Shown here: positions 8,276 through 16,780 of the stretch, piece after piece
Numbering within the stretch: position 1 is the stretch's first letter
How the letters are laid out: every line of letters begins with the position of its first letter
Virus record (IMG/VR): IMGVR_UViG_3300009678_000136
Coordinates: 1 to 24,372 of that record
Direction: 5' to 3' (one strand)
Source: a virus
Taxonomy: Duplodnaviria > Caudoviricetes
DNA length: 24,372 bases
Program-made: the position numbers and the translations under genes
Notes under the pieces: generated by a model
The model's input: the letters and a program-made list of their open reading frames with translations, nothing else
The model's database searches: none
Told to the model about the DNA's origin: nothing

Positions 8276-9349
8276 CTAGAAAATGCGTGGAACATCACTT
8301 GAGATGCCCCTGAAGAGTTGCCTAGTAAACACTCGCCGCGGCAATTTGTTTTTCCCTAACTGCCTACCGACGCTAAACGTCGCCAACATCTGATCCGCCT
8401 GCACGCCGAGGACTTTATATCGGCGCTGCCAGTAGTTTGTCAGATTGGAGAGCAGGTCTAGGTGGAGAAGCTGGATGATGACCGTGTTGCCGGTGACATC
8501 CCACGCCTTGACGTAACGGACGGCGATGTTGCCCAGGTTGCTGACTGAAATAGTTGCGCCTTCGGTCGGCATCCCTTGGGTCGTCTTGATGTTCTGCCAG
8601 ACCATGTGCAGCGGCTGATAGGTGTTGCCCTTAAAGTCGATCGCGCTCTCGTGGTCGGCCCAGTAGCGTATGAGCGGAGCAGTCACGGCGGCGCCGTGTG
8701 TCGTGATCCTCGGCCCCGGCGTGGTCGCCAGCTCTAATTGGGCGCCGAATATCAGCAACCCGCTAACATTGTCGCCGTTGTATGAACTGCTGGCATTCGC
8801 ATTAGCTAATCCGATAGTCGCCACGTAATTGGTGACGCCCGGCGCGATCTTCCCGGTGATACTGCACCGCCACCAGCTATCGTTGAATTCCTGATCGGCT
8901 GTCATAGTGGCGTTGTAGAATGTCCCCGTGCCGCCGGCCGCGCCGGTGCCCACGGCTCCGGTACTGACATCGAAGTACGAGTAGAAGTGGCCGACGAAGG
9001 ACGGGTCGCTCAGTTGAAGGTAAAACCATGGGCGGTTGTTGCCGTTGCCGTCGAGGCGGGCATAAACGCTCAATGTATAGGTGGCCGATGCCGATCCGGT
9101 AAGAGGCTGGGCGACGGCGTGCGTGCTTGCCGGCGTCCCATCCTCCACTAATTTTTCGGCTATCGAATAATAATCCGGCAGAACGACTGTAGCCGTTTTA
9201 GCCCAAAGCGGATTGTCAAGATTGACGTTCCATAGCAGATGATTGGTGTAATAATTCGCCACGTCCTCCAGGGTGACGGCCTTAATGAACTTGCCGCCGC
9301 TGTAGGTAGCGTTGAGCCGCTCGATGTATGCGTCGTCCATTATCAGCAT
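8276..9349 (-). CDS. Tail hub protein (gpL/DUF1833-like) with inserted carbohydrate-binding-like module
   Basis: Position after Dit; IRYWADHESAIDFKGNTYQP, ATISVSNL and LPRRVF..F hub-like motifs; ~190-aa insert ending GAQLE. Confidence 0.72.
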   Translation of the reverse strand: MLIMDDAYIERLNATYSGGKFIKAVTLEDVANYYTNHLLWNVNLDNPLWAKTATVVLPDYYSIAEKLVEDGTPASTHAVAQPLTGSASATYTLSVYARLDGNGNNRPWFYLQLSDPSFVGHFYSYFDVSTGAVGTGAAGGTGTFYNATMTADQEFNDSWWRCSITGKIAPGVTNYVATIGLANANASSSYNGDNVSGLLIFGAQLELATTPGPRITTHGAAVTAPLIRYWADHESAIDFKGNTYQPLHMVWQNIKTTQGMPTEGATISVSNLGNIAVRYVKAWDVTGNTVIIQLLHLDLLSNLTNYWQRRYKVLGVQADQMLATFSVGRQLGKNKLPRRVFTRQLFRGISSDVPRIF

Positions 9350-9352
9350 TGG

Positions 9353-9931
9353 CTAGACCGCCACTTCTTGCAGGTTGTACGACAACCGATAGACGCTGCC
9401 CTCGGGAGTTGACTGATTACGATGGCTGCGCTGCTTTTCCAGCGTGTCGCTGACTAGGACGACTTTGTATTTGCGCCGGTACTTGGCGGTGATCTGCACA
9501 TTGACGGCCGGTGCCGCTGTGAATCTAATCGTTTGGCAAGTAATACCGTCACCGCCGAGAGCGTCCCATGATGTGATCAGTCCGCCGTTGGCATAGACGA
9601 CGAGCGAGTTGACAAAAACGTGGCAGTCGTTGAGTATGAAGTCCGTTTTGACCCCATCGCCAACGCCCAATATCACCGGCACGCTGACCTCTTCCGCGCC
9701 TGCACCGTCGAACCAGAATGGCGTATCGCTTTGCGTGTATTTGAAAAACCCTTCCTGCGGATCGAGCACCGATTGAATGCCGGGTACCTCGAATGTCCAG
9801 CGCGACAGCGGACGGGTAAAGCGCCTGCGAAACGATTGTGCGCCGCCACCGAGATCGTCGACCAGCGTCGGCATTGCGATCCCCTGCGGTAAGACATGAG
9901 TCGGGCTGGCGTAGACGGTAAACATGATCAC
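9353..9931 (-). CDS. Distal tail protein (Dit; DUF2460/GTA-like)
   Basis: Directly follows the tape measure gene; PFWFD and LGVGDGVKTDF...IRFTAAPA motifs. The start may be ATG 9925. Confidence 0.72.
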   Translation of the reverse strand: MIMFTVYASPTHVLPQGIAMPTLVDDLGGGAQSFRRRFTRPLSRWTFEVPGIQSVLDPQEGFFKYTQSDTPFWFDGAGAEEVSVPVILGVGDGVKTDFILNDCHVFVNSLVVYANGGLITSWDALGGDGITCQTIRFTAAPAVNVQITAKYRRKYKVVLVSDTLEKQRSHRNQSTPEGSVYRLSYNLQEVAV

Positions 9932-12267
9932 CCCTTGATGGCCGTGCGCGATTCGAAAGTGCGCATCGCCGGGCCGCGGTTGCTGAAGTCCGACATGATG
10001 ACCTTGACGATCTCATCGCGGCGCGCGTTGGGATTGTTCGGCGTGATCGAGCCGTTGATGATAACATCGACTTTTGGCTGTGCGCCGGCGCCTTGGGCCG
10101 CCCGTCCGGTGCGGTTCATCGTCGACAGCGTATTGGCGCCGATCGAATCCACCGCCTTGCGATTCATCACGAACTCCCCGCCATGCGCGATGATCGGCAC
10201 CGGGCCGCCGCTGGCGAACGATGGGATCATGCCGCCGTTGGCACGGGATACCGTCGGCGAAAACATGCCGGTGATGCCGCCCCATAGTGCGCTGAACAGG
10301 CCGGTGATGCTAAATCCGCTCCCGCCGCTCTTAGGACTTTCGATATTAGAGAAAACGCTCCTTAACCATTGGCCGAACTGCGAGCCGAGTTGCTTTGCCC
10401 AGTCGTTATCCGCGGTGAGCGCCTTTGTGAATTCACTTAACAAACCGTCCATGAACGCGCTGACGATATCCTTGATCGGCTTCAATACCATGGTTTCCAT
10501 GAGCCCCTGGGAGATACTGAGCCCTATGTTGCGCAGCATGTTTCGCATGCCTTCGGATAGCGTTTGCGTCCCCTCGATGATGCCCTCGATCGTGTCGTCT
10601 ATCCCGCGGCTGATGGAATCGCCGATCTTGGAGAAGGTTTCTTTCAGCGATATTTCGGCTTGAAGCCGCTTGAAGTCCAAGACCGCTTGCTGCACTTCGG
10701 GACTGAGCGCGCCGTATTTCTCGATCAACAGCGCGATCCGTTGACGCTGCACCGATAGTTTATCGGACAGATCGCCGGTGGCGTTGCCAAGTGCCAGCGA
10801 GAATTGCGCCATCGTCATCTCACTGGCTTTCAAGTCGGCGAGCGCCTTGTTGACCCCCTCGATACGATCCGTCAAGTCGGCGTATTCGGCGTCTAAAGTG
10901 TCCGTTCCGGTGGTCGGTGTGCTTAAAACTAGCTGCGCTTGACGGCGGAAGAATTCCAAGTCGTCCAATCGTTTTGTAATGCCCGGCCTGCCCGCTTGCC
11001 CGGTAACCGTCGCCGCGTCAACTAATTTTCCTCTCAACTCGTCGAACTTGGCGTTGATGTCGGCGATCTTCTCTTCGGTCGGTGTCAACTCCTCTTTGCG
11101 CAAGGCCCTAAAGACATCGATCATGTCCCTGCCGGCGGCCTCTGCCGCCTTCTGCGTCTCTTCAAGGCCGTCCGCAAATGCCTTGGCCGCGTCCTCCATG
11201 ATCTTCTTCAACTCATCGGCGGCTTTTTTCTGCGCGCCGGTGTCGGGTAGAGAAATGAATGGAGTGTTTTTCTTGTTTGCTGGCGGATTGAATGGTGTCT
11301 CTTTAATAAACTGGTTGAGCCGTTTGCGCGCTTCGAGTAGTCCGACAACCGCTCCTTTGATTGTCGCTGAAGTAGACTCACGCCCGAGTCGTTCGAGATC
11401 CTCATCGGTCATCAAGGCGAATTTGCCGGCAGGCTCGCCCATGCCGCGCCCTATTGCTTCGGTCAAATTCTTTACACTGCCCTTAAGTCCTTCGAGCATT
11501 TCCGGCGCCGTCTTATCCATCAATCCGATGAGCCTTAGTATCACTTCTAGTTTTTCGACGAATCCGGCAAGGGGTCCGGATGCAACCACCTCCATTATAT
11601 TGCCGAGTCGCGTCATTGAATCGCCGTAATCATCCAATGCCTTGATATCTCTTTCCGACATCCCTGATGCTTTGAGTTGAGCAAGACGACCCGCAATGGC
11701 GTTTATGGCCGGCGCGAGTTCGCGGTATTGTTTGCTGAGCAGAGCCGCGCCGAGCGATGCTCGTTGCGTAGGATTGTCAATCTTGCCGAGAGCGTCTGTC
11801 AGTAAAATTAGTGCTTTATCAGCATTGGCATCGCGCAACTCGTTAAGATTCAATTTCAACGCATCGATAGCCAACGCTGCTGGCTCTGTGCCTGTCTTAA
11901 TATCCCCGAGACTCTTTTGAAATTTGAAAAAACCGGTGGCGAAAGCATCTACGGACGTGCCGCTTTCTTCGAGCGTCGATTTGATCCCGCTGAGAGTTTG
12001 CGCGCTGATGCCCGTCTGATCCGACAAGTCTTGAAGCTGCCCGGCTAGATTGACAACGCTCTTGCCAAACGCAACAACCGCGGTAATCGAAAGCCCAACG
12101 CCTAGACTGCTCGCCAAGTTACGGCCGAGGTTGGCGGCCATCGATTGGATGCCGCCGAAGCTGGTCTTAAAGACATTCTCCATTTCCTTGACATCGAAAC
12201 GGAGTTGCCCGAGGTCAGCTCGCATTTTTACGAGCAACGAGCCCACAGTTCCTCTAGCTTGCGCCAT
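9928..12267 (-). CDS. Tail tape measure protein
   Basis: 779 aa, helical and Ala/Leu-rich; VGSLLVKMRAD N-terminus, LSDQTGISAQTLS, C-terminal FASGGPV...HGGEFVMN; follows the chaperones. Confidence 0.92.
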   Translation of the reverse strand: MAQARGTVGSLLVKMRADLGQLRFDVKEMENVFKTSFGGIQSMAANLGRNLASSLGVGLSITAVVAFGKSVVNLAGQLQDLSDQTGISAQTLSGIKSTLEESGTSVDAFATGFFKFQKSLGDIKTGTEPAALAIDALKLNLNELRDANADKALILLTDALGKIDNPTQRASLGAALLSKQYRELAPAINAIAGRLAQLKASGMSERDIKALDDYGDSMTRLGNIMEVVASGPLAGFVEKLEVILRLIGLMDKTAPEMLEGLKGSVKNLTEAIGRGMGEPAGKFALMTDEDLERLGRESTSATIKGAVVGLLEARKRLNQFIKETPFNPPANKKNTPFISLPDTGAQKKAADELKKIMEDAAKAFADGLEETQKAAEAAGRDMIDVFRALRKEELTPTEEKIADINAKFDELRGKLVDAATVTGQAGRPGITKRLDDLEFFRRQAQLVLSTPTTGTDTLDAEYADLTDRIEGVNKALADLKASEMTMAQFSLALGNATGDLSDKLSVQRQRIALLIEKYGALSPEVQQAVLDFKRLQAEISLKETFSKIGDSISRGIDDTIEGIIEGTQTLSEGMRNMLRNIGLSISQGLMETMVLKPIKDIVSAFMDGLLSEFTKALTADNDWAKQLGSQFGQWLRSVFSNIESPKSGGSGFSITGLFSALWGGITGMFSPTVSRANGGMIPSFASGGPVPIIAHGGEFVMNRKAVDSIGANTLSTMNRTGRAAQGAGAQPKVDVIINGSITPNNPNARRDEIVKVIMSDFSNRGPAMRTFESRTAIKG

Positions 12268-12591
12268 TGGTCACCCCTTGCTTCTTGAGATAAGCGCCGA
12301 AGAAGCGGTCTAGGGCCGCTTCGCTTTCGGCTTCGGTGAGAACTATCGGAGGGGGTTTAAACGGGAGAAGGTCTGCGGGATCGACCGGCTTTGAGTTTTT
12401 GTCCCGGAACATATTGATCACTGTCGCGGTCAATTCCGCCGTCGGCGCGGCGAGTCGATTCTGTTTTTCGGTCCATTGCTGAGTCAAGGCACGAAACTCT
12501 ATTGGCGTAATGTTCCAAAACGAGTCTGCCGTTAGCCCAAGCTCGACGATGGCAAAGGCCCAGAGCTTAGGCCATTCGGTAGCTCCTGTGC
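12254..12591 (-). CDS. Tail assembly chaperone gpT segment, translated as a G-T fusion via -1 frameshift
   Basis: The -1 frame after the slippery site reads STGATEWPKLWAFAIVELGLTADSFWNITPIEFRAL and continues into the 77-aa track ORF; the LGL...FW..TP.E motif is gpT-like. Confidence 0.82.
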
Positions 12592-12957
12592 TTTTTTTTC
12601 CTCACCCTCGACGATAGGGTCGCTATCGCCGCCGCTTGAGAAAAATCCCCGTAGACAGCCGCCGACGGCAAACATGACCTCGTGTAAGTCCGTCACCATG
12701 TCGCCGACCTGATCCTGGGTCAATTCCGGGTCCTCGTGGAGCAACGACGCCCAGAGTATGAGAAGCATCGTGTCGGCGGTCAGCGATAGCTGCTCGATGC
12801 CCTGGATCTCGGACTGAATCAGCTTGAAGATCGATACCCGATCGGCCGCTGGCCGTTCGCGATTGACGAAATTCTCCACCTTGCGCAGCGAGCCGAGCGT
12901 AAGCAGCATGTGGCGCTTGCGGTCGAGCTCGATCTCGATCGGTTCAATGGCATTCAT
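12532..12957 (-). CDS. Tail assembly chaperone gpG
   Basis: Between tail tube and tape measure; IEIELDRKR, LWASLLHEDPELT..VGDM motifs. Confidence 0.85.
   Translation of the reverse strand: MNAIEPIEIELDRKRHMLLTLGSLRKVENFVNRERPAADRVSIFKLIQSEIQGIEQLSLTADTMLLILWASLLHEDPELTQDQVGDMVTDLHEVMFAVGGCLRGFFSSGGDSDPIVEGEEKKAQELPNGLSSGPLPSSSLG
12592..12598 (-). other. Programmed -1 ribosomal frameshift site A AAA AAA
   Basis: In-frame GAA AAA AAA GCA (A8 run) near the gpG 3' end; the -1 frame is open to 12254. Confidence 0.8.
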
Positions 12958-13389
12958 TTAGGGGACCCGCACCGGCTGCCCGGATATCCGCAAGGTGAAC
13001 GCTGCCCGGATCGCCTTGGTAAAATCGAGCGGAATGTTCGGGCTCGTGATAAATGCCGAGAATGTCCAGCCGCTGGTGCCGTTAGGGAGAAGCACCTTCC
13101 AATCGCGCAGCGGCAGCGGCTCGGCCACAGCGTCATCATAGATCGTACCGTGTATGGCGACGTTAATGGGATCCCAGACCACCTCGACCGATAGTTCGCC
13201 GCCGTCTCGCAGTGTCGCGACATACTCTTTGAATCCACCGGCCGAGCTATGATTAGTGATATCGTCGAAGTCCTGGGTGATCGATGGAGCGTTAAGGATC
13301 GTGCATTGCGGCACGTCCTCGTAGAGCGAAGTTGTTGGATTTTTGCGCTTTAGGCTGCTGCCCTTGGCGAGTAGTGCATACGAAGCCAT
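12958..13389 (-). CDS. Major tail (tube) protein
   Basis: DITNHSSAGGFKEYVATLRDGGELS, WTFSAFIT and FTLRISGQP motifs; GGAGG RBS. Confidence 0.9.
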   Translation of the reverse strand: MASYALLAKGSSLKRKNPTTSLYEDVPQCTILNAPSITQDFDDITNHSSAGGFKEYVATLRDGGELSVEVVWDPINVAIHGTIYDDAVAEPLPLRDWKVLLPNGTSGWTFSAFITSPNIPLDFTKAIRAAFTLRISGQPVRVP

Positions 13390-13421
13390 TTGTTACCTCC
13401 AATTATCTCGGTTGCGCCCCG

Positions 13422-13808
13422 TTACACTTGGCTCGGGATACGACAGACAGCGACCTTGATCGCGGCGTTGTCCATGGTGATCAGGACCTTGCCGGTCGAC
13501 GCCGACTTAAAGCCCTTCGGATTGATAAGGATCGGGACGATTTCGCCGGCTTGCAGCGTGTAGGGTCCAACATTGCCGGTGCGGTTGAGCTCGTCGGCCA
13601 CCGATACCAGCGTGAATACGTAGGGATTTGTCGGGTCTGAATTCTGAATCAGGACGATTTCCCGGCCGGTCTGAAGGAACTCTATCCCGTCTGCCGCCAC
13701 CGACGGCGCGATAAAGATGGCGTCAAGACTGTTTGCCGTCGGCGCCAGCGCCATCACCTTATTCAATTCCCTGATCTCTGTCGCTTCGTTGAGAGTTTTG
13801 ACAGCCAT
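13422..13808 (-). CDS. Hypothetical structural protein between tail terminator and tail tube
   Basis: Beta-rich 128 aa (DGIEFLQTGREIVLIQN); coupled to its neighbours. Confidence 0.7.
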   Translation of the reverse strand: MAVKTLNEATEIRELNKVMALAPTANSLDAIFIAPSVAADGIEFLQTGREIVLIQNSDPTNPYVFTLVSVADELNRTGNVGPYTLQAGEIVPILINPKGFKSASTGKVLITMDNAAIKVAVCRIPSQV

Positions 13809-13809
13809 T

Positions 13810-14229
13810 TCAATCGTCCTCCATTGTGCAAACGAATAGATAATCGCCGAGAACGTGATAGGCCGCTAGCTGCTCCGCATCCTCGGCGGTGTACATATCG
13901 AATTCGCTTTCGAGAAATACCGTGGTCCGTTTGCCGTCGAACTCGCCGCCGGCGCCGGCCATCCATGGACGCAGCGCGCCCTTGACCGCGCTCGCCACGT
14001 CGCGCACTTGCGCAAAACTGGTGGCAAAGCTGGAGATCTGAAAGCGCGACTCGGCCACGCCGGCCTCACCATCATGGGAATATTCCGGCGTCTTGGCGGT
14101 CCGTTGGTAAGTGACCACCGGCAGCGTCGCGTTCTGCGGATAGGTGATCGGGTAAATCCGTGTCCCGACGAGAGCCGCGAGCGGTGTATGATTTTTAAGC
14201 TGAGTCACGATCGCTTCTTCCAGTCTCAC
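13810..14229 (-). CDS. Tail terminator (DUF3168-like)
   Basis: LAALVGTRIYP...PQNATLPVVTYQR and RFQISSFA motifs; synteny. Confidence 0.85.
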   Translation of the reverse strand: MRLEEAIVTQLKNHTPLAALVGTRIYPITYPQNATLPVVTYQRTAKTPEYSHDGEAGVAESRFQISSFATSFAQVRDVASAVKGALRPWMAGAGGEFDGKRTTVFLESEFDMYTAEDAEQLAAYHVLGDYLFVCTMEDD

Positions 14230-14726
14230 GCCGCCAGCCCTTCAACGTTTTGCTCTAGGTTATCCCGCATGACTTGTTCGAATGCCGCCATGGCGCGTTC
14301 CTTTTGCGCTTGCCAGGCCGGCGTCAAAAATGGCTTTGAGCCGACATGGTGCAAGGATGGCCCCTTGCGTGTCGCGCGAATCTCGTAGCCGAACTCGAAC
14401 CAATAGCCGATGTTGGCAAACGACGCGGTGGATTCGCCGGCGTCGAATACCTCTTTGGACGGCCCGATAAAGACTTGGCCCACTGAGCCGCGGATCTTAA
14501 TCTTGGTGATCACTTTCATGCGCTGCGAGATATTGGCGCGCGCTAGTTGCTCGGCGTGCGCCCGGATCGGCTCGGCGTAGGCTTGAAGGGCCTTGCGCAG
14601 GACGCTTTGCTCCAGGCGTCTGATCCGCCCTTGCAATTTTCGCGTGAGCTCGGCCAGCCCCTTCAGTTCGGCTTTGAAAACGACCCCGCTTGAGCCGCGG
14701 CGCTGAATTGTTGGACTGGTTAGCAT
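14226..14726 (-). CDS. HK97 gp10-like tail completion/neck protein
   Basis: LKGLAEL...LRKAL, YWFEFG and KPFLTPAW motifs. Confidence 0.85.
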   Translation of the reverse strand: MLTSPTIQRRGSSGVVFKAELKGLAELTRKLQGRIRRLEQSVLRKALQAYAEPIRAHAEQLARANISQRMKVITKIKIRGSVGQVFIGPSKEVFDAGESTASFANIGYWFEFGYEIRATRKGPSLHHVGSKPFLTPAWQAQKERAMAAFEQVMRDNLEQNVEGLAA

Positions 14727-14729
14727 CGC

Positions 14730-15044
14730 TCAATTCACTTCTTTGCAATAAATCTCGACTTGAGTCCGCTTTTGATCCGGCAATACCGACTGAATATCAA
14801 AGGTAGTCCCTTCAAACATGATCCGTTGCTTGGCCTTGATCCCGGCGCGGTAGCGGATCGTCACCCGCGTATCGACATCGGCCGCAACGCGCGCCTGGGA
14901 GAAAAACTCTCGCCCGCCAAGCCGGATGACCTCAGCGTAGTCGGCAAATAGATCGGTCCATGTGTCAACAGGCTGGCCGTACTCATCTTGCGTCTCGCTG
15001 CGCTGCTGCACCTTGATAAAGTCTCGTAAACGGCCGGCGTTCAC
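14730..15044 (-). CDS. Head closure protein (SPP1 gp16-like)
   Basis: MNAGRLR...QDEYGQP...W...GREF...TIRYR motifs. Confidence 0.9.
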   Translation of the reverse strand: MNAGRLRDFIKVQQRSETQDEYGQPVDTWTDLFADYAEVIRLGGREFFSQARVAADVDTRVTIRYRAGIKAKQRIMFEGTTFDIQSVLPDQKRTQVEIYCKEVN

Positions 15045-15625
15045 AGGTTGTAAAGCCTTTCCGACGCAATGAGTCCTTCGGTAAAGTCTACCAACTGTAG
15101 TTTATTCTGATTGAAGCTCTCGCGCTGCTCGTAAAAGTCGGCAATCTTGATCAAGATAAAATTCCGAATATTGGCCGGCACCGTGGCCGCCGTGTCGCCA
15201 TAGCCGGCTTTGAATTCGATCACGACGGCGTCCGGGCGGATATTGGGGACGCTGGGCCAGCTCTTGCCAGGCGCGAGCACGATGCGAGGCGGGCGATGCT
15301 TCAGATCGGTAATGTAGTCGGTCGATGTAATAGTTTGTAATACGGCGCTGGCGTCCAGATATTTCACGCTGGTAATCGACTGGACCGGCCTCTTTTCGAT
15401 CTCAATGTCGTTGCAGGGAAACTGCTCCAGCCGCAACTTCCACGTCTGAGTGACGCAGGCAATGCTGTAATTCGCCTCGATCATCTGCCGGACAGCCGTG
15501 ATTTTGTCTTTAATCAACACGTCGTCATAGTCGGCGCTGCTGGCGATGCGCGAATGTGCCTTGACTTCATCCAGGCTTACCGGCTCAATCGTCGGCGCTG
15601 TTGTTAGTTCAAGGACACCCTTCAT
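15041..15625 (-). CDS. Head-tail connector/adaptor (gp6/gp15-like)
   Basis: EPVSLDEVKAHSRI, TQTW, PVQSITSVKY, AGYG..VP and FYEQRE motifs. Confidence 0.9.
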   Translation of the reverse strand: MKGVLELTTAPTIEPVSLDEVKAHSRIASSADYDDVLIKDKITAVRQMIEANYSIACVTQTWKLRLEQFPCNDIEIEKRPVQSITSVKYLDASAVLQTITSTDYITDLKHRPPRIVLAPGKSWPSVPNIRPDAVVIEFKAGYGDTAATVPANIRNFILIKIADFYEQRESFNQNKLQLVDFTEGLIASERLYNL

Positions 15626-15903
15626 GGAACTCTCGTTCTCGGCCGCCCGCGCGGTTTGAGGCTATTGGTGGTCAAGCCGACATTTAGTTCCGCCGTCTCA
15701 TGGTCCGGCATTTCGCTTTCGGCGGTTTCGATCTTCGTCTCGTCTGCGGGCTCGGCGCGCGCGGGCGCAATATCGTCAATAACGATGGCGTAGCCCTTGG
15801 CGACATAAAGCTCAGCGGTAGGATCGGGACGTTGGACGATCTGGCCCAGCCACGTTTCGCCGAATTCGTCCCGGTGACAGACATCCATGCGGAGAGTTTT
15901 CAT
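15622..15903 (-). CDS. Hypothetical protein (93 aa) preceding the connector
   Basis: ATGA-coupled on both sides; G.IV...A..YVAKGYA core, ETAE repeats and basic tail KPRGRPR. Confidence 0.7.
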   Translation of the reverse strand: MKTLRMDVCHRDEFGETWLGQIVQRPDPTAELYVAKGYAIVIDDIAPARAEPADETKIETAESEMPDHETAELNVGLTTNSLKPRGRPRTRVP

Positions 15904-16328
15904 CTGGCAATTATCCCAATCAATTCAATATTAATTGTGTTGGTACCCGTACCGATGACACAAACCGCCGCGCCGGCTGGAGCAGCCAAGAATGTCCTTA
16001 AACTGATTACCGCTGCCGGATTGGCTGCGATTGGCGCCTTGAACCGGCTGTTGACGCCAGTAGAGGGGAACAGAGCAGCCGTCCCCGTTGCGCAATTCGT
16101 CCCGGTGCCGGTTTGGATCGAATAGTCCCCCGCCGTCGCCGTCGTGGTCTGGACAATGATATCGGTCAAAATATGGCGATCGGCTGCATTTGTTGGCACC
16201 GCCTGGCATTCAGTAAGCGCCGCCACGAGGGCTGATAAGGAGCACTTCCACGTCCTCGGGAGCACCGTTTGCCCATGGGCCGTGATCGGTAGCAGGCAAA
16301 TCAGCAGAACAAAGAGAAGTTTTTTCAT
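15900..16328 (-). CDS. Signal-peptide-bearing, Cys-containing protein in the head gene block
   Basis: MKKLLFVLLICLLPITAHG|QT; four Cys in the mature part; coupled by ATGA overlaps. Confidence 0.78.
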   Translation of the reverse strand: MKKLLFVLLICLLPITAHGQTVLPRTWKCSLSALVAALTECQAVPTNAADRHILTDIIVQTTTATAGDYSIQTGTGTNCATGTAALFPSTGVNSRFKAPIAANPAAVISLRTFLAAPAGAAVCVIGTGTNTINIELIGIIAR

Positions 16329-16780
16329 GGGGTCCCCGTCACCACGTCCTTTGACCGCTCGATATTGATGTCGGCACCCTGCGTAGCCGGTTTTACCCTG
16401 GCGTCATAGAGAATATACAAGCACGCGCAGGTAGCGTTTTCCGTGGCCCTGTCGACATGGACTCTGATCCACGGGTAGGTTTCCCAGTCCCGCCGAATGA
16501 TGTCGATGATGAATACTTCGTTGCTTTTGGTATCGGCTACCACCTGCTTGCTGCCGGTAATGTCCTTGGGGACGGAAAACGCCTCGTCTGCGCTCTCCTG
16601 AGCCGATATGTAGACGGCCGATCCGGTTACAATCGGCCCAAACGAGACCACCAAAGCACAGCTCTGAAAGCCGCTCGTATTGACCGCCGTGCCCTCAAGA
16701 TCGGTTGCCGCCGCGGCGCCAGCCTCGACGGTGATGCCCTGCACAAATTTATGCGAGGTCGTGATGTGTTCCGCGTTCAT
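16325..16780 (-). CDS. Putative capsid decoration protein, paralog B
   Basis: Follows the capsid gene; clearly similar to 16780..17229. Confidence 0.7.
   Translation of the reverse strand: MNAEHITTSHKFVQGITVEAGAAAATDLEGTAVNTSGFQSCALVVSFGPIVTGSAVYISAQESADEAFSVPKDITGSKQVVADTKSNEVFIIDIIRRDWETYPWIRVHVDRATENATCACLYILYDARVKPATQGADINIERSKDVVTGTP

Noticed and set aside
8276-9931. Gene transfer agent cluster, suggested by the DUF2460-like Dit
   Set aside because: The 779-aa tape measure, lambda-like TipJ, HNH and P27 terS fit a genuine siphovirus better.
9896-12313. Long plus-strand ORFs (255, 216 and 87 aa) opposite the tape measure gene
   Set aside because: Antisense shadows of a strongly supported gene, with no recognisable motifs.
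15900-16328. Signal-peptide proteins as lysis functions (spanin, lipoprotein, SAR endolysin)
   Set aside because: No lipobox Cys at the cleavage site, no coiled-coil spanin character and no muralytic motifs.
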